Below are positions 49,738 to 62,794 of a DNA stretch of 64,000 nucleotides, piece by piece (position 1 is the first letter of the stretch; every line of letters starts with the position of its first letter). Source of the stretch: Trichodelitschia bisporula (taxonomy: Eukaryota). A program made the position numbers and the translations under genes. The notes beneath the pieces were generated by a model, which saw only the letters and a list, made by a program, of their open reading frames with translations, was not told the origin of the DNA and searched no databases. The DNA lies in NCBI GenBank assembly GCA_010356995.1, contig ML996692.1, positions 1,127,933 through 1,191,932 of the forward strand, read 5' to 3'.

Positions 49738-49968
49738 CGGAGAGTACTCTAGGTTCTCAGTTGAGGCACTTTTCAGTTTGGGTTTGTAGGACGGTCGGCA
49801 TAGAGGACGTCAGGCACTACATTATCGGGAACATTGCCATCACACTGAGGTAACAGCTTCGGAACAAAGCGACATATGGTGGCCCGCAGTGACAAGATGC
49901 CCCAATTGGTTCATATGCTATCGCTCCTTGGTTTGAGTTTTGGACCCCTAGGTGACTCCACTTTGCTG

Positions 49969-50745
49969 CTACACAGTAGACTCCATAGGTGATGTCACGT
50001 TGGTATCCGATCCCTTCTGGGCATCTGTCAGGCTCCGCCCATAGTCGTCCCACAGCTCCTGAACTTCACATCCACAGCAATGAATCCAAAATCCCTTCTC
50101 CACGTAGTCGCGATCGCAAAGCCGCTCATTGATAGCGACAACCGTCCCTTGGCCGAATCGAGTTTCCAGGTACTCCAAGAAGTAAGCTGTGTGCTGGTAT
50201 CCCGCGTCCCAGTCGCCACCCCCTTCCTGCTTCCAATGCGGAGGCACCATGTTGCTTTTCAGACGCACCCAGTCTGCGATCCCTTCAATCAGGCCAGAGG
50301 GACAGGTGCCGTTGGCCGCCCATTGCCAGCAATGGACCATCTCATGTCGCAGTACTCCAAGCATTTCTTCGGCACGTCTCTCCTCTGAACAGCCAGCAAT
50401 GTAATCGGTTGAAAAATGTATCTCCTTGTGATCTCCATCGATCTCCTTGCCGGTGGTATATGCGACTCCCTCCATCGAGCGAAGTACAAGGGTCACTGAG
50501 CGCGTAGGAGGAATTTTGGATTTTGAGGTGTACAATAGGGACAGAACGCTGTCAACTGCCTCCTGGAGGACGCTGTCACAGTTGAGAAGTGACAGGAAAG
50601 AGCGGGCACCATCGGCAGACAGATCACGGACTTCGAGGCGGAGTAATGGTGTTGGGGTGGGATTTGGCTTCGGCCTCACAGTAACTGCGGTATCCCGTAG
50701 CGTTGCCTTCTGAAAGTAGATTTCATTTGTGCCGGTGGCAGCCAT
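49969..50745 (-). CDS. BSP (plant basic secretory protein) family HExxH metallopeptidase-like protein
   Basis: GVAYT, EIHFSTDYI, HEMVHCWQ, GLIEGIADWVRL, WDAGYQHTAYFLEYLE; no signal peptide. Confidence 0.88.
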   Translation of the reverse strand: MAATGTNEIYFQKATLRDTAVTVRPKPNPTPTPLLRLEVRDLSADGARSFLSLLNCDSVLQEAVDSVLSLLYTSKSKIPPTRSVTLVLRSMEGVAYTTGKEIDGDHKEIHFSTDYIAGCSEERRAEEMLGVLRHEMVHCWQWAANGTCPSGLIEGIADWVRLKSNMVPPHWKQEGGGDWDAGYQHTAYFLEYLETRFGQGTVVAINERLCDRDYVEKGFWIHCCGCEVQELWDDYGRSLTDAQKGSDTNVTSPMESTV

Positions 50746-51027
50746 TTTGTTCAGAGGAGAGCTAGCGAGAACTAGTTGACGACTTGTTATCAGACCTGTG
50801 GACTGCTGGTTGTCTTGTCTCCGACGGGGAGTGCTCCGGCGCCCTGATATCCACGTGATAAGACAGTGGCAAGTGTGGCCAAAAGTGGTTAGGTTGCCGT
50901 GGAGAAGGAATCACGGGGGCCTCCGACGGCACCTAGCGCGATTTCTTGTTTATCGCGGCCGGCTGACAACAACCAACTCCAACGCCAGTCAACTTCCCCG
51001 CATCACGTCGCTTTACTCCGCTCGTCA

Positions 51028-54000
51028 ATGGACGGTGCTTCCGCCATGGAAGAACAAGCGCATAACCTCCTGGTTACGCTCAGGAAATCTTCTATCGCGA
51101 TTGACGCTAAGCTTGCCGCGTTCAACAACCTCAAGTCCAGCATCAAGCATCTGCGGGTCCCAGAGGCATCACAGGCAGCCATCTTAGAATGCATCAAGTT
51201 CGCTATCGGCTCACAAGCTTCGCCAACGCTGGTGTCTAGCGGCTTCTCTACCCTTGGACATCTCATCAAGCGGCTGTCTCTCCAGGAACAAACCGCTATC
51301 CTTACCTCGCAGACGAAGTCGCTCCTCCCGACGCTCCTCGATCGCCTCGGCGATGCCCGCGAAAGTCATCGCAACGCCGCTTCACAAGTGATTTCGGACC
51401 TGTGGCCGTACAACCATGCGGAGGTGGAGCGGACCATCCGGGAGAATGCGCTCGTCGGTCATAACGCTCGGGCGAAGGAAATGGCTATGGAGTGGGTGGT
51501 AAAGGTACGCATGGTGTGTCTTGCGCTTTATTAGCGCTAACAGTCACAGATGAACAAGGTGTCTGGCTTGCCATTTCGGACCTTTGTGCCTCACTTGGTG
51601 GCGAACCTGGAGGATTCAGACGGCTGTGTCAGGGAATCGGCTAAGATGGCGGTCATCGACTTGTTCCGGTAAGATATTCCTCTCTACCCTACCGTCCTGT
51701 ACTGACGATGTCCAGCAATGCGCCGGAACATGCAAAGACGGATCTTAAGCGTGAAATGGCGTCTCACGACGTTCGGAAAACCATTGTCTCGCAAATCGTC
51801 GCTCAGCTTGGGTTGCGGAGCTCGGTCGATCTCGACCTCGCCGCGTCTACGGCCTCGGCGCCCGCTGTCCAAGAATATGCTCGCCCGGAGCCCAGTATGA
51901 GCGAGAGCGTGATGTCAGAGCACCAGCCAGCACCGCAAGAAGCGGCGGCCATGGACCCGCTCTACATATCTACCCAGCGGGAGCTCGAAGACTACTTCCG
52001 GAACATGCAGCCGCACTTTGAAGGAAAGGAGACGGAACACAATTGGATGGCCCGGGACAAGAGCGTATTTAACATTCGGCGTCTGATGAAGGGCAATGCT
52101 CCTACCGAGTTCCACGTTGCTTTCACAGTCGGTCTCAAGAGTTTGCTTGACGGCATCCTCAAGGTGGCAAACTCCCTGCGCACGACTATGTCTACCAACG
52201 GCTGTCTTCTCGTGCGAGAAGCTGCACAAATCCTTGGCCCTGCGCTTGATCCCATGGTTGAAATTCTGATACAGAGCTTCATCAAGATGAGCGCCGCCAC
52301 AAAGCAAATCGCCGCCAACAACGGAAACACAACAGTCATCACCATCCTCTCACATGTTTCATACAGTGCACGGCTTATGCAACATATCTGGCTCTCATTC
52401 CAGGACAAGAATGTCCAGACGCGAACCTTCGCCTCGGGATGGCTGGTTACACTTCTCAAGAAGCATGCGCAGCACAAGGCACTTGTCGAGCACTCGGGCG
52501 GCCTGGAGGTGGTCGAAAAGTGCATCAAGAAGGGGTTGGCGGATGCTAATCCCAAAGTGAGGGAGGGGGCGCGAGGCGCTTATTGGACGTTTACGCAGAT
52601 GTGGCCGAGCTACGCAGAGGGGATAATGTCCACACTTGATGCCAAGTCGAAGTCATTACTCGAGAAGGATCCCCGCAACCCCAACGCAGGCTCCAAACCG
52701 CTGGCCGCGAGTGTGGGTCCCGCTGCCACCACCAAACCGTCCGTTCCGAGCCGACAATCAGTCCGGGATGTGATCGCAGCACAAAAGCGGGCGGCCCAAG
52801 CTGCGCGGCAACTCGAGCGGCCGGCTTCGGCGCAGTCCGTGTTTTCGCCAGCACCTCGTGCACAGCCGACAGCGTCGCGTCCTACCGCTGCGCGTTCTGC
52901 CACTGTGCGGCCGCCTTCGGCTATGGCATCAGCCGCGCGCGAGGAAGCCTCGGCCGCGCCGCCTGCGCGGAATCCAGGCACTGGACTGATGGGTGCACCT
53001 GTTCGGCGCCCTCGGCGCCCGGAGATAGCTAGGCCTGCGACTGCGGATCCGTATGCCGCGAGCCGTCGGGCACAGGTTAAGCCTGCGACGCCGACCCTGA
53101 GTCCGGCAACCAGCCCTCAGAAGACTGCAACAGGTCGGACAGCTGTACCGAGGACCGCCACCAAAACTCCGGGCAAGACACCTGTCCCTACGGGCTCATC
53201 TGCTCGGCTTAAGCCAAAGCCTGATGCTGCACCTGCTCGTAACTCTCCTCGCACGCGCCCCACAGGTGCTGGAGGGCTGATGTCGAGTCCGGGAAAGGAC
53301 GATAACTTCACCTTGGTTGTCCCGTTTACTAGGCCACCGGAGGATAACGATGCGCACGTTCCGTTGCAGCGGCAAAGGGCCGACACCGCAGCTGTAATTG
53401 ACAGCTCCGCCGTGAGCTTCGGAGACGAGGACGGCTTCACAATGGTTATTCCGAACCTTCAGGCGCTGCCATCGCGCAGCAACGAGATTGTGAATGCAGC
53501 AACCGGGAGCCCCACTACGCCTAAGCGCTCTCCTGCTCGGAATCTTGTGCAGAGCGGACGTCTCAGTTCTATTCCGCGCTTCCATAGTCCGTCACTCCAT
53601 CCGCCCGAGCGCACTGACAGCCAGCCCAAGGATCCGGGAAGCCAACCGCCTAAGGAAGCTGTCCAGGTTTACGAGGATCCAACTGGAACTGAGGAGCCTG
53701 CTGCTCTGGGTGACGCTAAGCCTGTTCTTGAAGAGTTGCCGCTGAACGAGCGTGCCCCTGGGTCATCTGGGGATGGGAGCTCCGATCTTACGCAGAGCAC
53801 TCGTAGCAACGAGCAGAACGTCCCGAACATGGATGCGTTCCGCTCTCCTAGGGGCCATCACAAGACCACAAGCACGGGCAGCATTATCACCTCAAACAGC
53901 GACTCTGGCATCCAAGCCAGTACCGAAGCTTTACGCTCCCGCCGCCTTCTCATGAGCGGAATTGAACGCATCCGCGCCAAAACCTTGGATGCGCACGGCT

Positions 54001-54752
54001 TCAGGCGCGTGCAAGATATCGTCAAGAGCACGCAGGACATCTGGGGTCCGGAAGGCCAGAAATACGGCGAGCTGCTGCTGGCCCTCCTCGACTACCTCGA
54101 GTCCTCAAACGAGTCGCTCAAGGTCACGGGCTCCAAGGCGCAGAACCTCAAGGCGCAGGTGCTCGCCACCGTGCGTGCGATGCTTGTCCTGCACCGCAAA
54201 GAGGCTGAGCCGTACTACTCGCGCGCGCTGTGCTCGGTGCTCGCGGCGCGGCGCCAGTTCGGCCAGACCAGCCACATCACGTCCGATATCGAGAAGACGG
54301 CCGATGAAATCGTGCGCGCGGGCCACCCGGCTGACAACCTCGAGGCCGTGCTTGACCTGATCGACTCGCTGACGACGCCGCAGTCGCCTACATCCACGTC
54401 CTCCGCCGAGCACGATGGCGACGCTGCGCACGTTACACACGCTAACAACGCGCGCACGATCACCATGAGCTTGTCGGTGCTGGGGCAGTTACTTACCGCT
54501 GCGCAGGAGCGCAAGGTGCCCATCTCGCCGCATCAGACGCAGCGCCTCGGGCAGCTCGCTGTGCACTTCCTGTCTGACACGGACCCGGATGTGCGCAAGG
54601 CGGATCTTGAGTTTTGCCTCGCGCTGCATGAGCGGTTGGGGGGTGAGAACGGGGAGGGTTTCTGGAAGGCGGTGTCTGGGGCGAAGGAGATGCATCTTAA
54701 CCTCATCACGTACTACCTGGCCAGGCGTGGGCGGAACAAGCCGGCTGCTTAG
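51028..54752 (+). CDS. STU1: CLASP family microtubule-associated protein Stu1
   Basis: TOG-like HEAT repeats (LLDRLGDARE, FEGKETEHNWMAR, NSLRTTMS, GLADANPKVRE), basic S/P-rich middle region, C-terminal LNLITYYLAR; two introns near 51505 and 51669. Confidence 0.92.
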
Positions 54753-57619
54753 AGTGTAGGTAGCTGCTCATTTACCGGCGCGCAGGTGCTTGGGTGTCTC
54801 TTTACTAGGATGCAGTTCTTTGATGGGGATATCATGGGTACGGTGTCTGGGGAATGTCTTTCATACGGGGCGTTTTATCAGGACCGCGGACGGCGCTCAT
54901 CAGGACTTTCAAGGTGGTCTGTGGTCTGGGTGCACGGGATATTTTGGTCGCATTACCTTGTTTTAATGGCCCGTTGGGCGTGCGGGACGGTGTACTCTAG
55001 CCTCGTCTTTTGATAGCGGCAAGCGGAATGGTTACTTTGACAACGGCACGATAATGATGCTGATGCTATGCGGTACCTGCCTCGTGCTCTCGCGCGAATA
55101 TGCACCGAACCCATCCATGCGCCCCGCGCTGGACATATGCAGGGACCCGCTGCGCGCGCGCTTGCGGCGCGAGGGGCGCGACAAGCATAGAACCGTACGG
55201 TATGTTTCCGAAAAACGCGTTTTCCAAGCTACAACAGTAGTAGAGATAGGAGAAGGACAGGAGTGTGGCTAGTGAAGGCACGCTATGGTAATTGATAGTC
55301 GGGGTGGGGAAGTGGGGTGCCGCGCCTGCGCCGCGCGGTTTTGCTAGGTGAAACGCGCGGGCGGGGGTGAAACGGGTTGGGGGTTTGAGGGGACGGGGCC
55401 GGGGGGATTGACCGGCGCCGGCGGATGGTGTTGGTAATGGGGGCGGTGGCGCACGTGGATCTAGGGATGTGAAACTGAGGAAGGCGGATGCGGCGGTATC
55501 AAGTGGGTTTTCTTGGGTGCTTTGAAGGGGGAATGGGAGCGGATATGGAGGAGAGGGTGAGGTGTGGTCGGTAATATGGGGAGTGCATCTTGTGATGCCG
55601 ACGTCAGGGAGCTGAATTAGGAGGCTACTTTGCGCGCGGGCACGTGAGATGGGCTTCATTTGGACTGAGGTATCATGAATTAGGTTGATGTCGAGCGGCT
55701 GGCCCGAACGGGTAATCCAGCGACTACTGGGGATCGCGACCGCTCCAAACCTATCTATATATGATCTTGCGGTGTCCTTAGGCGTCCATGATGATTTCAC
55801 CTTGATGTCGTCCTCAGAACCCCAGGACCCGGCTACCTATCAGTGCGCAACGCACCTCATGCCCAGCGCGCGCAAGCGACGCTCCGGACAGCGCTATTGG
55901 CCATTGCCGACGACGAGAATACGACTGAGGCCTCTCGTCAGCTGTCAGCTTTTGCTGCGGTGGAGAACGTAGGTCATGGCGCGGTGCAATTGGTGGGCGG
56001 GCAGATGTCAGCGGCGAATGTGGGTGTCGCCCTGCTGTGAGGTGTTGGCCCTGCTGTCAGGTACGAACGGCAGTTGAGGTTAGGACTTGTTCTAGTGGAG
56101 GGGCGGCTGCCGAGTGGTGCGCATCGCTGCGCGGCGTGCGGGCGCGCAATCGAGGGCTGAAGGGCTCAGCCCCGATATATCAGCACTTACGTTTGCAGAT
56201 TTGACGGCGCTGCTGCAGCGGCGATGGGTGTATCGGTGCAATGTATAAATTCTGTGCTGGAGAGTTGCGATATGGCAGTACGGATGTAGAGCGCGGTAAT
56301 GCAGTCTCGCAAGACAGTCACGACAGTCTGCGTCGCACAGGCGGGGTGGACGTTGGGACATACCCGGATCGAACTCGCTTCGTCCCGCGTATGGCGCAAG
56401 CCGCGTTTTGAAGGGGGAAAAGCAAATATGGGCGGAGAGGCGAAGTCGGGGGGCGTTCATGGCATTTTTGGCGTCTGGGGGGGAGGGATGGGGTTAGAGG
56501 GGTGGATGGAGAGGGAGGGGCTGGTAGGAGGAGCTAAGAGAATGAGGGTCTGATAATGGTGGATTAGAGACTGGGGGAGAGGCAGTGTTGATAAGGGCTG
56601 AAAGACAGAAATATATAGAGAGAAGAGAGGATGAGGATGAATTCACTCGTGTTTGATGGAAAGATGGAGACAAAAGAAGGGCTGCAGGCTGAAGGGGGCG
56701 AGAAGGATGAGATGAAGAGGCCAGAGTCTTGTCTTGTCTTTACTACCGTACGTAGGGTTAGGAGGGACGGTGGCTCCCCCGCATGCCATCGAACTCTTCC
56801 ATCGTTACGAGTATTCATCATCGCTTTTCATCACTTTTCATGGAGGCTGATGATGAATCGATGATGGGTTTGCATCAGCCGTGAGGTGTGTCAGCCATAA
56901 CCGACCTGTATCAGCTGTGTTTGCCTCTCTGTCTCTCTCTTCGTCTTGCAAAACTTGTGAGCTGAACCAATGCCGGATTAGTGCGAGGGCAAGGCGCTGA
57001 TTGGCAGTTGAACGTGAAGAGCCCGGTGACACTAGACTCATCATGGTTAGCCCGCCTACTGCCCCAAAATCCCAGCTCTGAATCCTTGCCCGGTCCGTGG
57101 GCTAGTCCGAAAAGTCACTAACGTCCATCCCTCGTAACTCGCTGCTCCCTCCACCACCAAACCACCACACCAACTGCCATCCATCCGACAAACTACCCGC
57201 CAATCCAACCCAACACCCTCTACACAACAGCGAAGTAGGAGAGGGGAGAAGATCGTCCATCTTCTATTACCTCATTCTTTGTACCTACCTCTCGTTTATC
57301 GTTTTGTCTTGTCTACCGCGAAGCATAACTTATTCTCCGCATTGCTATTTTCATCGCTCCCTCCCCCAACCCCCGACGTCTTGCCAAACCCCCCCACCAC
57401 CCACTCCCTCGAAACCTCAAACCGTCGATGCGGAGAGACGCCACACTGCCGAACATCGTGTACTTGAGCGCGCAATATTCGCCGTAGAAAAGGGCTTTTG
57501 GACTCCAGGTTGAGTCTTGGTTGAGTCGAGAAAGTCCGCAATACTCCTCGACGTGTGCCCGTTGGCGCTTTTGGACATACATACACACCCGTTTCAGGTA
57601 GTGGCAACGGTCAAGCACA

Positions 57620-60600
57620 ATGGCGGAAACGGCAGTGAAGATGGGGCTGGAGTCACCAGGTGCCTTTCCCGACTCCCCGACGGAGCAGGATGAGGTGGTC
57701 TACCCGTGCAAGGGATGCGGCGAGATTCTCGAGGAAGGCAAGGCCTTTGAGCTCGGTGGGTGCCCGTCGCGATGCATTGCGCCTTCAGCGGCATGACAGC
57801 TAACGCTCCTTCAGCCGGCAACCGGTGGCACATTGACTGCTTTAGATGCAATACGTGCAATACTCTCCTTGACTCCGATGCGAACCTCTTGCTTCTCGGC
57901 GATGGGTCGCTCATATGCAACAACTGCACCTACAGTTGCAGCACGTGCGGCTCCAAGATTGAGGATCTGGCTATCCTCACGGGCGACCAGGCATACTGTG
58001 CGAGTTGCTTCCGCTGTCGCAACTGTAAGCGCCGCATAGAGAATCTGCGCTATGCTCGCACATCGCAAGGAATATTCTGCATGTCCTGCCATGAGTCGGT
58101 AATGGCACGGCGCCGCAAGAACAAGAAGGCCGCTGCGGCTCGAGCCGAAAAGCCATCTTCCTCGACGACACTCAACAAGTCTCTTCCGGAGCTTCCTCGC
58201 CAGGATCCCACGACGAGCACCTTCTCCTCGACGCCCGACACGGATACACCACCTTCTGAGAAGTATAACGAACTTGACAAGTATGGAGAGCCGACCGAAG
58301 CCACGGCCCGCACGCGCTCGTCCAAACCGAGGAAAGACGTATCGGTGAGCAGCTTCGCCCGAGAGGCGTCACCCGCCGCCGCTCTGGACGAAAGTCGCAA
58401 GGCCAAATTGGACAATGACCGCGCTTCTGCCGCATCGGACAGTCTGACGTTGCCAGCGTCAACTTACAAGGCTAATCGCGCGTCGACCGTATCCAAGAGT
58501 TCGGCGCTATCGAATGCTAACGACGTTACCAGCGGCGACGACGGCTTGTTTGTGCCATTTGTCCTGGACCCAAATCCCGCAGCCACCTCTCCCGCCACCA
58601 ACGGTCGCGACTTTTCTTCGCCCGCCGCGTCTCAAGGAACTCCACGGGGTGTAGACGCGTCAAAGAGTTCCAGAGACTATTTCACGCGGCCCACTACCTC
58701 CAGCAGCCGCGAGGCGCTCCACGAAAAACGTCCGTCACGATCATCATCGACGGAGCGCAAGCCCGTGACGAGTCCGCATATTGCATATCAGGAGAAGGGG
58801 CGGCAGCCGTCGGACCATTTGGTGGATGCCATGCGCAGGCGCAAGGACATCGGATCATCGCCCGCACCGCAGCGGTCTGCGGACTCTGTGCCGACGGCGT
58901 CACCCGCGCCAGCTCCTGCTGCCGCACCCGCACCCGAGAGCAGAGACTTCAAGCTGCAAGAGGTACCGAAGTCGAAGAGGGCGGCAGGATCCCGGAAGAG
59001 CTCGGCTTCAGAGACCCGTTCGCCCCCTAATCTGGACGGATCTTCGGAATCTCGAACCATCACACCGAGGATCGATATCCCACTGAGCGGCTCCCCGCCG
59101 GAGATGGACTTCCTCCAGAACTACGTCTCTCGAGAAAGCCAAGATCCGGAGCCATCGAACGAAAGGAGTAAGGCGATGACGCCGTTGGAGCGGCCGAAGC
59201 GAGGCGACTCTCTTGCTGCTTCTATGAAGCAGGCTCTCTCGCGGAGGGAGACCTCATCAGGGCACAACTCCGGGCCCTCGACTCCCACAGCAGTGGCGGG
59301 CTTCTCGCATGAGCGCAAGGCATCCACGTCTTCTCAGCTCAACGGCGGCAAGGCTATTTCCAACCCTATCGAGTCGTCAGTCTCGAAGAGCGTCCTGGAT
59401 GCACCTCCTGCGCGTTCGTCGAGTCGGCCAGGGCTCTCAGGCGACACCTTCACGACACCTCGGGCGCCTCCGAACCCACCACCCATGCAAGGTCACCGAT
59501 CCACCGCGTCGGCGAGCCACGTCGACGCCCAAGCGCCTTTAAACCTGCCGCGTTATAGTGCCGGCGCCGACTTTTCGCTCGAAGAAGACCTTGACCGCAT
59601 CCTCAGCGGCGATGACAAGAACGAGCCCGGCGTTCTGCGCAAGGTGTCCAACGTGGTCCGGCACGGCCGCAGCTTTTCGGACCGCGGCACTCGCTCCGCC
59701 AGCTCGTCGCAGAAGTGGGCCAAGTCGCCGCTGAACGGCTCTCTGGATATTAGCAGCCCGACGTCCACATCATCGCCCGATACCCGCGAGGAAAATATTC
59801 TTCTTCGCAACCAGCTCCGGCAAGCGCAGCAGCGGATCGCGACCCTAGAGGCTGACAAGCATGGGCTCCAGGCGATTGTCGACAGCTCGGCCGATATCTC
59901 GCAGGTGAACACTGAGCTCAAGGAGAAGCGCTCGACGATGGCGTTCCTCGACACCCAGCGCGAGATTGTCGTGCGCGAGCTGGAGGTCATGACCGAGACG
60001 CTGAAGAAGGCCAAGGACAGCGGTACACCTCTGGAGTTTGGTTCGCTCAAGTCGGAAATTTTGCTAGATCTGCACACTTCGCTCCAGCGGCTCAAGGACA
60101 ATCTATCTAGCCAGATTGAAGACTTGATACAAAAGAAAAATGAGCTGACAACGGAGATTGCCAACCTTATCCAGATGAAGGACAAAGGCTTCCAAGAGTA
60201 TGAATCTTTGAGCGCCCGCAACACACAGCTCGCACAGCACAACAATGAACTCATTCAGAACATCCAAGGCTTTATGAAGGCCAACGCTCGTCAAGCGAAC
60301 GGATCATTCGACGGCGGCCGTCCTTTGCCAAACGGCTTGGGACTCTACATAGCGCCAAAGGACAGCAAGCCGGAGACACCCGTGGACTTGCGGACCATCA
60401 TGGGCCCGGAGTATTCTACTTCTACCATTTCTCAGGACAACGAGTCTGAAACTACCGTGCTGGCCACCCCGCACGTCGTCAAGATCGGCAAGGGCAAGCC
60501 TAATATGCTGAAGAAGGGTACGCAGGGCTTCGTCAAGGGCCTGCGGAACATTCGAGGCAACATGGCAGAGCGCGAGCGCGGCCCCGAGCGCGGTGTGCAA

Positions 60601-61485
60601 TTCGCTGAAGGCGTGCCCTACAATCAGCTACCCGCCGACGGCAACCCGCCTCCGAGGTCTGGTGGGGATCCTGGGCGGCAGAAGTTCGGAGGCTTCTTTG
60701 GAACCGGCGAGAAGTCTGGCTCGCATGGCAAGTACCTGAAGCCGATGCACAACAGCAGCACCACCAACCTCAGCAACTCGGGGGAGCTCAGCGGCGCACC
60801 AAGTAAGCGCAGCGCTACGTTTGCAGACTATACTGACTCGATAGCGCTCTTCGGCTCTGACCTAACAGTGCGGTGTGAGCACGAGAAGCGCGTGATCCCA
60901 AGCATCGTCAGCCGATGCATTGAGGAGGTGGAGCTGCGCGGCATGGACGTGGAGGGCATCTACCGCAAGAGCGGCGGGTCGGGGCAGGTGAATATCGTCA
61001 AGGGGGGCTTCGAGAAGGACAACGACTACGACATTTCGGATCCGGACCTCGACATTCATGCCGTTACGTCGACGCTGAAGCAGTACTTCCGCCGGCTGCC
61101 CACGCCGCTGATCACGTTTGACGTGTACGACCAACTGCTCGAGGCGTCCAGGGTAGAGGATGTCGACAAGCGCGCTGTAGCCATGCGCGACGGCGTGAAT
61201 GCCCTACCGCGCTGCCATCGGGACTGCCTAGAATTCTTGGTGTTTCATCTTGCGCGGGTAATTGCACACGAGAGCGAGAACTTGGTGCGTAGTGATTGTA
61301 TCTCTTTTGGTGACCATGAGACTAACGCCGTCTAGATGACGCCTCTCAATCTTGCCGTCGTCTTCGCGCCCACTATCATGCGCCCGCAGTCGATTGAACG
61401 CGAAATGACGGACATGCAGTCGCAACGCATCACAGTTCAATCTCTCTTGGAAATGAACAAGACCATATTTGAGACGGATTCGTAG
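57620..61485 (+). CDS. LIM-domain Rho GTPase-activating protein (Rga1/Rga2-like)
   Basis: Two N-terminal LIM domains (CKGC...WHIDCFRCNTC; CSTC...CASCFRCRNC...CMSC), coiled coil, RhoGAP GMDVEGIYRKSG...LKQYFRRLP...NL|MTPLNLAVVFAPT; introns 57756-57814, 60803-60844 and 61285-61335. Confidence 0.93.
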
Positions 61486-62054
61486 TACGAGTCTGTTTTG
61501 TCGCTGTTTTGACATGAGTCCCTCCGATAGCAACTTTGGATTTGCGGTGGTAGCAAGGAGTTGATTGGAATATTCATCCCTTGGATTGGCGGTATCAATC
61601 CTCTATGTTGCTGCGGGGGTCACTGTACGCATTGCTTTGTTTGCGTTGTGTGCTTTGTTTCTTCTGGTGTGCTGGGGCACCCAAGGGTGTTTTACGCCAC
61701 GCTGCGTGTGGGTGCGCGGGGCGTTATTCTTGATCGCAGGTTTTGAAAATGGCGGGCGGCCTGGGCATATCGCACTGCTTTGCTGCGAAAGGGGCCTTGG
61801 GAGTTGGTTTTTGGATATTTCCCTCGTTCTCGTAGCGAGGTTGGGTGTTGAGGGGACTATGGTTTACGCCGCTTTTTTTGGTTTCTGGTCCATAGGTAGC
61901 GAGTGTGATGACAGTCAAGTGTGTGGCTGCTGATGGGCGGGTACAAAAATTCATGTGTTGATGTGGGTGTTTACGATGGGTTGGATGTGATGTTGATGTG
62001 GTGTAGGGAGCGCAGTTCGTCTACGTGATATGGGGAGGTGTCCATCGCATCCCC

Positions 62055-62466
62055 CGCGAAGCCCGCTAACGCAGCCGTGGATCGGAACTGAGAAGCAGTA
62101 CCGGCAACTATTACTCCAGGCTCAGCCCACTGCCATCCGCCCCGTTACCACCCGGGCCGGGTGAAGGGACCCCGTTCTCGGTTGAGCCGCGTGTGCCCCC
62201 CCGGCTCGCTTCGGTTACTGTAGCCGTGGTGATGTAGACACAGGAAGGAGCATCCAGACTTTGGGAAGGGACGGTTGTGCTCTGGAAAGGAGCATACCTG
62301 CGTGGGGAAGTGGTGGGGGAGATGATGCAAGGAGCGCTGGAGGACAAGTATATCTTGACGTGAGCGGCCCTGTCACTCTCCTCTCGCTTCTTTTCTTCAC
62401 CATCTTTTGCAATGCTTTCACACTGTACTTGTTTCCTTTGCCAGTGCATTCAGCCGTGCCCCCATT
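62055..62466 (-). repeat. Diverged second copy of the 12780-13183 segment (gene relic)
   Basis: 62369-62466 aligns with 13088-13183 at about 73 of 98 columns by hand; 62232-62256 atgtagacacaggaaggagcatcca matches 12986-13011 atgtagacagagagaaggagcatcca. Confidence 0.75.
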
Positions 62467-62794
62467 AACATGTCCCGTACGTAGCCCGACGTTTGACTCG
62501 ACCAGAATCAGCCTTTACCGGGCCATCGGGGATACGCCTACTTGGAGACGCAGGCGCAACGGCTCTGAAGACCGAAGCAATGATGAAGCGACAAACACGA
62601 CGACGGCGACGATTCTAAACACTGGACTCCTATATTGGGTATACGCAAAGACAGCAGCAAAGCGACCTCAACCACGCCAGGCCTAACCACTCGCTACAAC
62701 GCGACCAACGAAAAGACACTACGCCTCGCTCCCAAGCTCCCAATTCGCAAGTAAAACCACCAGCACCGAGATCTCTGCCTCCTCCGTCCTCCCT

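Noticed and set aside
55066..55800. 244-aa minus-strand ORF
   Set aside because: Non-ATG start, Pro-rich, no motif; probably intergenic or UTR sequence
56753..56762. CCTAACCCTA on the minus strand as a telomerase RNA template
   Set aside because: A single 10-mer lying upstream of the apparent TATA/CT-rich promoter; no pseudoknot or P6.1-like element could be identified
62030..62300. Hairpin-rich segment with H-box-like ACAGTA, a terminal ACA and a downstream AATTTTTG as a snoRNA or snRNA
   Set aside because: No convincing rRNA target or known RNA motif; better explained as a decayed copy of the coding-like 12.8-13.2 kb segment
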